Source: Haloferax volcanii DS2 (lineage in GTDB: Archaea; Halobacteriota; Halobacteria; Halobacteriales; Haloferacaceae). Taken from it: a DNA stretch of 32,000 bases. Each line of letters starts with the position of its first letter. Positions within the stretch are counted from its first letter, which is position 1. A program made the position numbers and the translations under genes. The notes under the pieces are model-generated. The model saw only the letters and a list, made by a program, of their open reading frames with translations, was not told the DNA's origin and did not search any database. The stretch is taken from positions 1 through 32,000 of the forward strand of contig NC_013968.1 of NCBI RefSeq assembly GCF_000025685.1, given 5' to 3'. Positions 7,721 to 16,544 of this stretch are shown piece after piece.

Positions 7721-9085
7721 ATGGCAGAGACGAGCACCCACACGATTGCACCGAACGAACTCACCACCGACGATATTTCCCAGGGCGACACGGTCACGCT
7801 CAAGTTCCATTCCAACGCGAAGTGTCAAATCCTGTTCCGCGAGTTTACCGTCGATACCATCAAGAGCAACTACGACGGTTCGGTCGATGAGCTACTCGTT
7901 ACCTACTCCGGTGGGACGGGCAAGCAGTACCGACTGATGGCCGAGTGGGAAGGTGCTATCTTCAACAACGATGCTCGCGGTCGCATCTACGAACTCGGCA
8001 TGGTCTACCAGTTCTGTTTCGACGAGGACGACGAGGGGCCACGTTCGGTCGACACAGAGACGACCACGAGCGCGGTCACGCGGTCACCGACCGGCGCGAC
8101 GCTTGCCATCGAAACGATTGGGATTGAGGGAATCTCCGAGAGAGTCGGCACGGCTCACGTCGTCGACCCTGAGACGCACGACCCGTTCTGTGGCAGTCGC
8201 GGAGTCAAGCAGAAAATTCAGACGGACCATCGCGAACTCTTGGAGGTCGATGCGCTCGCTGACGAACTCAACGTCTGCTCGAATTGCCAGCGCTCCGCGT
8301 TCGCGGGGGATGACTACATTAGTCCCGACGACCTGTTCCGACGTGCCCGCGACTGGACCAACGACGACTTTCGAGGCGACTGGTTCGAGGTCAAGATGGC
8401 GAACGGTGACGTTCGCACGGCCCGACTTCGACACGGGACGAACGACAGCAACGCCGAACACCACCATCTGACGTTCGTGATCGACGGCACGCCCATCCAG
8501 AACTGGATAGTAACCGACACCGACGAACTGAAAGTGACCATCCACGAGTGCAATGCTTACGCTGTCGAAAACCCGGTCTACGGTCCAACACGACGGTTCC
8601 GTGACGCGAAGCGGCAGGTCGTCGACGTGCATCCTATCGACGACGTCGACGATAACAATGACCAGGAGCAGAAGGCCGGCGACGACTCCGCCTCAGAAGT
8701 CCATCTCATGACTGACGGCGGGACGACAACACGTCAGACAGCTCTCGACAAGACCAATGAGTCGCCGTTCCCGGTGAAGATTGAGTGGCGCAAGGCGATT
8801 CGGAAGCGGTTCGAGGACTACCTGTTCGACCGTTGGGCCGCTGACGCTATCGACGATGCAACCTACCTCGCGGTGGATGAATACAAGACGCTCGTCGACG
8901 TGAGCGGCCGTGAGGTCGCCACAGAACTACGCGATGAACTCTCGCGAGCGCTGACGTGCGATGAGTTTGAGATTGGCAAAGGGACTGAACTGCGCTCGAT
9001 AACTCGGGTGCGTGGCGAACTCAACGATGCGCTCGATGACAGCAAGGGCCCGTCACGCAAACGACTGATAACAGGCGAACTTTAG
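7721..9085 (+). CDS. Hypothetical protein (454 aa), cassette-driven
   Basis: Starts MAETSTH at the cassette ATG. Long ORF with acidic composition. It contains a 'CSNCQRS' cysteine pair. I recognised no family. Confidence 0.7.
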   Translation: MAETSTHTIAPNELTTDDISQGDTVTLKFHSNAKCQILFREFTVDTIKSNYDGSVDELLVTYSGGTGKQYRLMAEWEGAIFNNDARGRIYELGMVYQFCFDEDDEGPRSVDTETTTSAVTRSPTGATLAIETIGIEGISERVGTAHVVDPETHDPFCGSRGVKQKIQTDHRELLEVDALADELNVCSNCQRSAFAGDDYISPDDLFRRARDWTNDDFRGDWFEVKMANGDVRTARLRHGTNDSNAEHHHLTFVIDGTPIQNWIVTDTDELKVTIHECNAYAVENPVYGPTRRFRDAKRQVVDVHPIDDVDDNNDQEQKAGDDSASEVHLMTDGGTTTRQTALDKTNESPFPVKIEWRKAIRKRFEDYLFDRWAADAIDDATYLAVDEYKTLVDVSGREVATELRDELSRALTCDEFEIGKGTELRSITRVRGELNDALDDSKGPSRKRLITGEL

Positions 9086-9295
9086 CAGAGTCGTAGAGTA
9101 CGGCTTCGGTCGACAGACGGCCATCCAGCAACCTGAAACGTCTAGATGGCTCTGTTGAATCCCTCAGGCGCTGATAGTTTGCTGAGGCCGTGCTGAATAC
9201 AGGGCGCAAGTCGGTCAAAGTGGTTTGGTGAATTGAACACGGTCAGACGACTGTGCGAGACAAGTATTTTACCACCGCACTCACAATGTACACAC

Positions 9296-9616
9296 ATGAG
9301 TTCCGAATCGGAGAAGAAGCGAGTGCAGTTCCGAGCACCGAGAGGGCTGGTGGATCGGGCTGACACCCTTGCAGCGGTGTTCGAGACAGACCGGACGGAC
9401 ATTCTCATCTCAGCCCTCCGCGAGTATCTTCGGGACGCAGCGCACTCTGACGAAGTGAAGCAGGAGGTCGCAGAAGCGTACTACGACGACGCCATTACCT
9501 TCGAGGAATTAAAGTCTCTCGTCGGTCACGAGGAGGCCGCAAATTTTCGTCTCCTGAAACAGCAGTTGAGCGAGGCATTCGTTGACGACGTGGCAGAAGA
9601 GTTGGCCGACACATAG
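9296..9616 (+). CDS. Ribbon-helix-helix (CopG-like) antitoxin, 106 aa
   Basis: 'KKRVQFRAPRGLVDRADTLAAVFETDRTDILISALREYL' has strand-helix-helix RHH architecture. The stop is followed immediately by the PIN gene ATG at 9617. Confidence 0.7.
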   Translation: MSSESEKKRVQFRAPRGLVDRADTLAAVFETDRTDILISALREYLRDAAHSDEVKQEVAEAYYDDAITFEELKSLVGHEEAANFRLLKQQLSEAFVDDVAEELADT

Positions 9617-9784
9617 ATGGTGCGCATCGTCGCTGATACGTCTGCCCTCGTTAGTTTGGGAACCGTAGCAGACGCCACGACAAACCCACTCGATTTGCTT
9701 CTTGAGTCACACGAACTCCTGCTCCCCAAGCAAGTTCTCGAAGAATTGGCTGAAACAGCATCTTACGACGATGCCTCTGGAGAG
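9617..9784 (+). pseudogene. PIN-domain (VapC-like) toxin gene, 5' part, interrupted by an IS
   Basis: 'MVRIVADTSALVSLG..' is a typical PIN N-terminal strand with the acidic residue. The frame runs into the IS at 9785. Confidence 0.8.
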
Positions 9785-11179
9785 CATTGGTGTTCGGTTA
9801 AGCACTGGATCGCCTCCTGAAGGCCTCAGCTACTCGTTCGTTGAGTAAGAGCCGCGATTTCTCTGGTTGGCGGGCGTCACGAAACAGCAGTTCCGACAGG
9901 TTCGGCGGTGGATGGCCGAACGACTGGGCCAGATCTTCGAGCATGAGCTGGGCGAGAGACCGGAAGGTCTTCGCCCAGCGTTCTCGCGGAAACACTGTCT
10001 CTGGGAACAGCTCCTGAAACACCCCGAGCAAGGCTCTGCTGACCGTCAGCGTCAGCAGAGCCGCCACCACTAACAGCTCCACGATCGCTGGATCACTCGT
10101 CTGGAATTTCTCCAGCCCATACAGCGACTTCAGTTCCCGGAACACCAACTCCACTTCCCACCGCAACCCGTACAGCGCCCCGACCTGCCTTGGAGTGAAC
10201 TCATCGGGCAGATTCGTCACGTACAGGTGGTAGTCGTCGGTGTCCTCGTTGCGGACACCGACGACGCGAAACTCCATCGAATCCGTTGATTCCTTCCCAG
10301 CGTATGCCCGCCGTTTGAACTCGATCTCTACCGTTACGTCGATGATCTCCCGACTGAGATCTTCCAGAACGTCCCGAAGACGACGCTCTGGCAAGGAAAT
10401 GGCGCGCCCGCGCCATTTCCGTCGCTCTCCAACGATCAACGGATTCGCGTTCGACTTCAGCCGACTCAGGAAGAACCCGCCGTTCTCCTCGATCAACGCG
10501 AAGCGGCGGAAACTGTAGAAGCCCAGATCGAACAGTAACAGCCGGCCTCGTAGCCAACTCCCGGTGCGGAGTTGGCTGCTCTCGTGGGTGCGTTCATCGG
10601 TGAGCTGGAACTGCTCGATCGTCTGCTTGGTCGCGTTCTGCACGAGGTGGAGTTTCGCGCCGGATTGACCCGAGTGAGTGGCTGGAAACGAATCGAGGAG
10701 CCGATGCAACCTGAACACGGTTGCATCGGCGATCAGTACGTCTCGAAACAGCTCGAACTGTGGCGCGATCGTGTGAGGAACCGCGACCTCCTCGAGAGCG
10801 TGCTCGAGGAGGTCGTTCAACAGTGCTGCGAGGGCCGGCGTGAACCGATCGTAGAAGCTTGAGCGGGCAACGGTCTGGTTGGTTGCTGCGGAGTACGCCC
10901 GTTGAAAGCCGGCGATAGTTCGGGCTTCGCCGTCGACGGCGAAGCCCATGATGAGCGTCCAGACGAGCATCGTGATGTCGATTTTCCGGTCACGCTGGAC
11001 GACATCGCGCTCGCGCGCGATGTCTTCGATTAGCTCGGTGGGAAACAGGGAAGTCAACCGTCGTCGTATGAGATCCGGGGAGAGTTGGTTTAGCACATTC
11101 TCTCCCCACGCGGTCTACAACGATAGCTTCGTCACTAGAGCGCCGTCTGTCGGTTTCTCCGCTTAACCGAACACGGATG
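9785..11179 (-). mobile_element. IS4-family (ISH8-like) insertion sequence, 1395 bp
   Basis: The ends are CATTGGTGTTCGGTTAAGC and, in reverse complement, CATCCGTGTTCGGTTAAGC. A perfect 10-bp direct repeat CTCTGGAGAG lies at 9775-9784 and 11180-11189. There is one 432-aa transposase ORF. Confidence 0.9.
9798..11096 (-). CDS. IS4-family DDE transposase (432 aa)
   Basis: Full-length ORF within the IR-bounded element. The N-terminal 'MLNQLSPDLIRRRLTSLFP' and the overall layout resemble haloarchaeal IS4/ISH8-type transposases. Confidence 0.85.
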   Translation of the reverse strand: MLNQLSPDLIRRRLTSLFPTELIEDIARERDVVQRDRKIDITMLVWTLIMGFAVDGEARTIAGFQRAYSAATNQTVARSSFYDRFTPALAALLNDLLEHALEEVAVPHTIAPQFELFRDVLIADATVFRLHRLLDSFPATHSGQSGAKLHLVQNATKQTIEQFQLTDERTHESSQLRTGSWLRGRLLLFDLGFYSFRRFALIEENGGFFLSRLKSNANPLIVGERRKWRGRAISLPERRLRDVLEDLSREIIDVTVEIEFKRRAYAGKESTDSMEFRVVGVRNEDTDDYHLYVTNLPDEFTPRQVGALYGLRWEVELVFRELKSLYGLEKFQTSDPAIVELLVVAALLTLTVSRALLGVFQELFPETVFPRERWAKTFRSLAQLMLEDLAQSFGHPPPNLSELLFRDARQPEKSRLLLNERVAEAFRRRSSA

Positions 11180-11189
11180 CTCTGGAGAG

Positions 11190-11546
11190 GCAGCACAAGC
11201 TGTGCTTGACCGTAAGAACGCGTTCGATGTCCGTCCTGTCGAATTGGACGAAACGTTTCCACTGGACGATGGCGAGAATGCGGCAGTCACGTTGGCGAAC
11301 GAAGTGGACGCGAGCCAACTCCTCTGCGACGAGTTCAACCGACTCGCACTGGTCCATGCATCACTCGTTGACACTCGTCTCGTGACGACGCCAATCCTAC
11401 TCACTGCCCTCGTGCGGAACGACGTGCTCTCTCCCGATTCTGCGGAGCAGTCACTCGAGAAGATGAGCGACGCCCGGAGTTGGTCTGCAAATTCTTACGT
11501 CGCACGCGCAAAAGCAACACTACAACAGCAACGAGAGGGCAATTGA
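11190..11546 (+). pseudogene. PIN-domain toxin gene, 3' part
   Basis: Removing the IS and one repeat copy joins ..YDDASGE to AAQAVLDRKN.. in frame. This part contains 'ENAAVTLA', 'LCDEFN' and 'LVTTP' acidic positions consistent with a PIN domain. Confidence 0.8.
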
Positions 11547-11677
11547 CCCCCTGTCCGATTTCAGGTAGCTCATCTCGACCGAACTGAACAGAGGGCGCAA
11601 GTCGATTGGAATCGTCGTCCAGAGCCACTTGAGCCAATTCATTCGAGACAATGTGGCTGTCTATTACTGAGGCACAT

Positions 11678-12256
11678 TCATCGGGTGTCAGTTGCTGGTT
11701 GGTGGTACAGCACCCAGAGAACCGGGATACCAGCAATCGTCCCGAGCAGAAGCAAGGCAGGGGTAGGAATTGGTGGGAGGACACTGTCTACCGATTCGAA
11801 CACCACGTAGAACAGACTCAGTAGTTGGCCGGTCAGTAAAACAGCAAGTGGATATCGCGATTCTTGTTGGTGTTCCCAGTGTCTTCCGGCGACAGTGAGG
11901 CCACTTCCGACGAAAACCCATATGCCAGTGATAATCATTCGAAACCCCTGAGAAACGTCAGCGCGCCATGGCTCGAACACAGCGATGCCACCGATGGCAG
12001 TACAGAGACCAATGACGAGAAGGATTTTTGCAGGTAAAGTCGCCGTCCGCTTGGCACCCGTCTCGTGTCCGTACACCCGCACGAGACCCAGCAGTAGTAA
12101 CACACCGCTGAGGATGAGTGCAAGACCGATTGCGAGTCGTTCAGGTGGGCTGTCCCCAATTTGAGTCACGGCAACCACTGAAATGAGCCCACCTGCAGCT
12201 CCGAATACAGTCAATAAGAGGGCGCTACTGAAGCGGCGAGCCATGATATCCATCAA
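11678..12256 (-). CDS. Polytopic membrane protein (192 aa, about 6 hydrophobic helices), function unknown
   Basis: Repeated 20-residue hydrophobic segments run throughout the ORF. Confidence 0.65.
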   Translation of the reverse strand: MMDIMARRFSSALLLTVFGAAGGLISVVAVTQIGDSPPERLAIGLALILSGVLLLLGLVRVYGHETGAKRTATLPAKILLVIGLCTAIGGIAVFEPWRADVSQGFRMIITGIWVFVGSGLTVAGRHWEHQQESRYPLAVLLTGQLLSLFYVVFESVDSVLPPIPTPALLLLGTIAGIPVLWVLYHQPATDTR

Positions 12257-12608
12257 TCGTGAATGTGTAAATTCTTTGGGTCAATCCCGAATGAGTTCTC
12301 TGCTGAACTCATCCTCTATATTCAGCACGCTGGTTCTGTCTGGTTCGGAGGGTTTCAACAGAGCCGTTGCGGCCACGAGATGACGCACGGCGACGAGGAT
12401 GACGACCATCAGGTGTGTATCGACTGCTATGTCGCCGGATGCGACGGCATCACCAAGCGCTGCGACCACGTCATCCTGACGACGCTCGGTGAGTTCTAAC
12501 CGAGCGCTTGGACACCTCTTTTTCGACCCCACTATTTCCAGTGAAGTAGTACACCAGATACGCTCACATATACGCTCGTGTCTGTCGCACACACCCTCAT
12601 CTTTTTGT

Positions 12609-12627
12609 GTATATGATTCCATATATG
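12609..12627. repeat. 19-mer GTATATGATTCCATATATG, left arm of inverted repeats flanking the par operon
   Basis: Its exact reverse complement lies at 14064-14082. It overlaps the parA promoter and start region. Confidence 0.8.
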
Positions 12628-12636
12628 AATCTGTAT

Positions 12637-13536
12637 ATGCCCAAACAGAATACAGCGAACAGGGCGCTCCGAGCGGCCCTATTCATGGACAAAGGAGGAG
12701 TCACAAAAACCACCAGCACAGCACACCTCGGGGAAGCGCTCGCCCGAGAGTACGGGCTTAACGTCCTACTCATCGATCTCGCAGGAAAGCAGGGCGACCT
12801 CTCTAAGCAGTTCGGCATCCACGATGAGGTTCGTGCCGCCGAAGACGATGCGTGGCCGAATATCTCGACTGTGTTCGCTGAAGAATGGTCGACTATCGCC
12901 GAGAAGGTCCCCGATGCTGTCGAGGACATGATTTGGGAAACTGACGAAAACGTCGACCTCATCCCCGCCCACGAGGGACTGGACAGCGTCGACGACGACC
13001 TCGCGAGCGTCAACGTCGAGGACCGCTACACGCGCCTTGACGAGTTCCTGACGAACTACGTCGACCCTCTCGGCTACGACGTTGTCCTGCTCGACCTCCC
13101 CGGATTGACCAACAATGTTACGCTGAATGGACTGTTCGCGACGGGCCGCGTCATCGCCCCGCTCACGATGGGCGAGTTCGAGGAGCGACAGCTCGATCAA
13201 CTCGTCGCAGACATTGACGAGATTGTCGCTGGTTTCGACGTTGACCTCGAACTGGCGATGGTCCTCCCGAGTATGTACGACAAGCGTGCGAACGTCGACA
13301 CCGAAATGCTCGCCCGACTCCGCGAGCAGTATCCCGACCGTATCGCCCCGAGTCCCATTACCAGCTCACAGGGCGTTCCGAACGCACAAGCCGAAGGCCG
13401 AACCGTCTTCGCCGTCCCGAACGATGAACTCCTCGCGACGGCCAAACGAGTGAAAGACGCCTACACCGACGCTGCGACGGCACTTCTCCAGCGCGTCGAC
13501 GGCGAGACAGCGACGGCCTCCACGGAGACTAACTAA
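12637..13536 (+). CDS. parA: ParA/Soj-family partition ATPase
   Basis: Deviant Walker A 'MDKGGVTKTTSTAHLG' and 'VVLLDLPG' Walker B-like motif. The ATG at 12637 is preferred over the upstream GTG at 12607, which reads through the repeat. Confidence 0.85.
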   Translation: MPKQNTANRALRAALFMDKGGVTKTTSTAHLGEALAREYGLNVLLIDLAGKQGDLSKQFGIHDEVRAAEDDAWPNISTVFAEEWSTIAEKVPDAVEDMIWETDENVDLIPAHEGLDSVDDDLASVNVEDRYTRLDEFLTNYVDPLGYDVVLLDLPGLTNNVTLNGLFATGRVIAPLTMGEFEERQLDQLVADIDEIVAGFDVDLELAMVLPSMYDKRANVDTEMLARLREQYPDRIAPSPITSSQGVPNAQAEGRTVFAVPNDELLATAKRVKDAYTDAATALLQRVDGETATASTETN

Positions 13537-13538
13537 CC

Positions 13539-13925
13539 ATGTCCGACGACGCCGACCTCGAAGAACTCAAAGCACAGACTCAGAAAGGTAGTCGCGTCTC
13601 AGCACAGACCAAGCAGGACGATGGCGACCTCACCGACGCGCTCGTCGACGCGCTCAAGGCCGTCGAAAACGGGGACGTCCACCCGAACGTCTCTGTTCGT
13701 GACGCTCACACCGCTGCACTTCTGCACGCGCTCGAAAATAACCCCGAAGCGATGCACGATACCGTCGACTCACTCCGCGACTACCTAGGCGGTAACGCTG
13801 ACGGAGAGGTCGACAAGAGCGTTCTTATCCGCCTGCTCCTGCGTGCCGGTCTACGCGCCGGTGCGCCCGACACACGCGAATCCCTCGCTGACGCCATCGC
13901 TGAACGCGCCAGTAATGAGATATGA
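13539..13925 (+). CDS. Small acidic protein downstream of parA (128 aa), possible partition adaptor or centromere-binding partner
   Basis: Tightly linked to parA by a 2-nt gap. I recognised no motif; the role is inferred from position only. Confidence 0.6.
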   Translation: MSDDADLEELKAQTQKGSRVSAQTKQDDGDLTDALVDALKAVENGDVHPNVSVRDAHTAALLHALENNPEAMHDTVDSLRDYLGGNADGEVDKSVLIRLLLRAGLRAGAPDTRESLADAIAERASNEI

Positions 13926-14063
13926 AATCGCGCGACTGGTACTCTGCGAATTGAACTGCTAATCTGTTTTCGGCTCTGTTCGGTAGTCGAAGTTAGGACG
14001 GCCTGGAGCTGTTCGAGTAGCGTCGCAGTCATCTCTCAAGACGGCAGTCCGCTCTTGATTGAG

Positions 14064-14082
14064 CATATATGGAATCATATAC
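14064..14082. repeat. 19-mer CATATATGGAATCATATAC, right arm of the par-flanking inverted repeat
   Basis: Exact reverse complement of 12609-12627. Confidence 0.8.
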
Positions 14083-14581
14083 GCCTGTAATTCCGGTTTC
14101 AGAGGGGGGGTTTCCAATGCATTACCCCGAGGGTTTCTGTCCTAAGATACCCCTCCAGATTCACCGAGGAAAGTCGGTCCTTCACCAGAGGGTGATTCTA
14201 AGATTCAAAATTCTCGGGGAGAGCGAAAATTACTCAGAAAAGATACCGTTTTTGGAAGCTCGTTGTCGGCGAGAGACAACGAGGATTAGTAAAATATCGG
14301 CCCGTCGCCGGATTTTGACGATGAATCCTATGCCGCTATACCGAATCCCGGGGGAAACGTCACCACAGTTTCGGCGTTTGGATTCCGTTGCGTGGCTTAT
14401 TTTCACACTGTTTGAATTTGAATAGGCTCTTGTCTTGCGGTTTTCGAATCTATAGTGGTGAGAAAGCTAGGAAAAATTTTCTGAGTGACATATAATCAGA
14501 ATCGACAGGCTTCTCCTATTTCATTATTATAATGCTTGAACAGAAGACACGCAACACTTCCATCCTCCGAGATTGTGGGTG

Positions 14582-14834
14582 TTTCTGGCCGATGCGTTCG
14601 GATATCGGACTGTCTTCTCTTGATTAGGTGTGAACGGTCGGGTCGACTACACCGAGCGAAACCTCATCGAAGTGGTTTCACACGTTCAAAATGAGAGTCG
14701 ACCGTTTCCACAACTCGTGGGTGGGCAGTCGGCTGAGCGTCCGCCAGTGGCATGCAGTGTTTATCCATTACTATAATTTTCAGCGACCGCATCAATCGCT
14801 CGACGGAAGAACGCCAGCTCAGGAGGTTAACTAG
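14582..14834 (+). pseudogene. IS6-family transposase gene remnant (3' end only, with an in-frame stop and a frameshift)
   Basis: Hand translation gives 'FLADAFGYRTVFS*LGVNGRVDYTERNLIE', then a +1 shift, then 'WFHTFKMRVDRFHNSWVGSRLSVRQWHAVFIHYYNFQRPHQSLDGRTPAQEVN*'. The second part matches the C-terminal signature of IS6-type DDE transposases. Confidence 0.7.
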
Positions 14835-15069
14835 ACAGTTCCTGTGGTCTGCATCAATTATATCCTCCAAGTTTTTGGGACGGTAGCAAAAGATTGACAC
14901 CTAGCGATGACGTATATATTTTCCATGTACGCGCAGACAATTGGCCCAAATCCTGGTGGACTTCCAAATTCAGAACTAGAATTAATTGTAGTGGTAGTCG
15001 CTATAATCGTACTAGTCGATCTGATTTACATTTTATATTCAAAGAAAAAGAAGAACAGTTGAAAGAGGC

Positions 15070-15138
15070 TTACTCAGGGTCGATTGTTACTTTACGTTTA
15101 TTGTGTTTCGTAATGTCGTAGTCACAAGTTCGATAAGC
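15070..15138 (-). pseudogene. Displaced native 3' end (22 codons plus stop) of the peptidase-like gene at 2344
   Basis: Joining 3195 to the reverse complement of 15138..15070 continues the frame as ..KTKY-AYRTCDYDITKHNKRKVTIDPE-stop. The GC content is low like the parent gene. Confidence 0.65.
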
Positions 15139-15143
15139 ATACT

Positions 15144-16544
15144 CAGTACATCACAAAGCCTGTTAGTTGAGACGTCTGCTTGCTGAAGATGTGTCCAAGC
15201 AACCACAGCAAGCAGACGATGAAATCCACGAGGACCAGCTCCTTAACTTCCTCGTCAACTCTCTTGACGAGGAAGTTGCTCTCTCACTCGCTGAAAACGC
15301 TGAACTCGATGCTGAAGACATCTACGAGGTCCTCGTCGGCGCCTGCGCCGACGGGACCTCGGTCTCAACGCTCTGTGAGAGAAGCGAAGATGCACCCCAC
15401 GAAAACTCCGTTCTCTACCATCTCCGCACTAAATTCGATCTAGAAACGCTCGAACAGGTTGGCAACATGCTCCTCCAGAAAGACGTTCTCGACGTCCTTC
15501 CCCAGCAGGTGGAGGTCTGCGCAGACCTCCACCTGCGGCCCTACTATGGTGACGAAGACGACACGGACGGCCTGTATCACTCACAAGCGAAGCGTGGAAC
15601 CACCGCGTTCCACGCGTACGCGACGCTGTACGCACGCGTGAAGAACAAACGCTACACGCTGGCGGTGCGCCGTCTCGAAGACGGCGACACCGCCAGCAGT
15701 GTCCTCGCAGAGTTCCTCGGTATTCTCGACGGCCTTGACCTCGGTGTCAAGGCCGTCTATCTTGACCGCGAATTCTACGACAGCAAGTGTTTGACGCTGC
15801 TTCAGGCGCACAACCACGCGTACGTCATGCCGATCGTCCGCTGGGGACGGACGATCAAGCGAGAACTCTCGGAAGGGTGGAGTCGCGTGATTCAGCACAG
15901 TCTGACGGCGAGACTCGACGGTCACAGCTGGACCGTCGAGTTTCCCGTCTACATCGACTGTACCTACCAGAACGGACGGTACGACGAACATGGCGTGGCG
16001 CGTCACGGCTACGCCGCTGACGCGCCGTTCATCGACTCACCACGAGACGCTCGATACCACTACGCGAAACGCTTCGGTATCGAGGCAAGCTATCGACTCT
16101 CTGAACAAAGTATCGCGACGACCTCGACACAAAATCCGGTTGTACGGCTGCTGTACGTCGTGGTGAGCTTGCTGTTACAGAACGTGTGGCGGTATCTGCA
16201 CTGGGAGTACGTGGCGACGCCCCGCCGAGGCGGGCGTCGCCTCTGGCAGTGGCCATTCAAGGAGTTCATCAACATGATCCGACGGGCAGCGTGGACGGCC
16301 CTCGCGACGCGTCGGGCCGTCCCCGCGAACCGGCCACCGGACGACCGGTTCCACCGGTAACTCCCGACCGGGCTAGCCAACGGTGGGAGTGGCGACGCTG
16401 TCGCGTCGGCGGCAGCCGCCGCCGACAGCGACGGCTCTCCGCCGATCCGTCCATGATTCTCTCGTCGAAACCGCCAATGCAACCGCTCGGCCACAGAATT
16501 CAGGCTTCAGAGACAGCTAGGCGAGGATGCTTTGTGAGGTACTG
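15144..16544 (+). mobile_element. ISH3-family-like insertion sequence, copy 2 (1401 bp)
   Basis: Same inverted repeats as copy 1. The flanking pentamers are ATACT (15139-15143) and ATTCT (16545-16549). Confidence 0.95.
15167..16360 (+). CDS. DDE transposase (ISH3-family-like, 397 aa)
   Basis: Protein identical to that of 3380..4573. Confidence 0.9.
   Translation: MRRLLAEDVSKQPQQADDEIHEDQLLNFLVNSLDEEVALSLAENAELDAEDIYEVLVGACADGTSVSTLCERSEDAPHENSVLYHLRTKFDLETLEQVGNMLLQKDVLDVLPQQVEVCADLHLRPYYGDEDDTDGLYHSQAKRGTTAFHAYATLYARVKNKRYTLAVRRLEDGDTASSVLAEFLGILDGLDLGVKAVYLDREFYDSKCLTLLQAHNHAYVMPIVRWGRTIKRELSEGWSRVIQHSLTARLDGHSWTVEFPVYIDCTYQNGRYDEHGVARHGYAADAPFIDSPRDARYHYAKRFGIEASYRLSEQSIATTSTQNPVVRLLYVVVSLLLQNVWRYLHWEYVATPRRGGRRLWQWPFKEFINMIRRAAWTALATRRAVPANRPPDDRFHR

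Noticed and set aside
7721-9085. Possible relaxase in the 454-aa protein, from its His cluster 'AEHHHLTF' and Cys pairs
   Set aside because: The His cluster is not in a HUH (His-hydrophobic-His) or HxDExxPHxH context, and I saw no conserved N-terminal catalytic Tyr motif. The evidence is insufficient for a call.
12263-12622. ORFs of 78 aa (+) and 113 aa (-) between the membrane-protein gene and parA
   Set aside because: They overlap each other and the repeat elements at 12290-12365 and 12609-12627. There is no motif support, so I treated the region as intergenic or regulatory.
14069-14425. 118-aa ORF in the low-GC tract, also 14664-14900 (-) and 14894-15121 (+)
   Set aside because: They have atypical, non-acidic composition and no start context. 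The second is antisense to the IS6 transposase relic, and the third overlaps the displaced tail of the peptidase gene on the other strand.
14835-14900. Expected IS6-type terminal inverted repeat (..TTCAACAGAGCC) downstream of the IS6 transposase relic
   Set aside because: It is not present, so the link between the relic and the GGCTCTGTTGAA repeats at 2121, 9148 and 12365 remains unproven. I report it only as a hypothesis.
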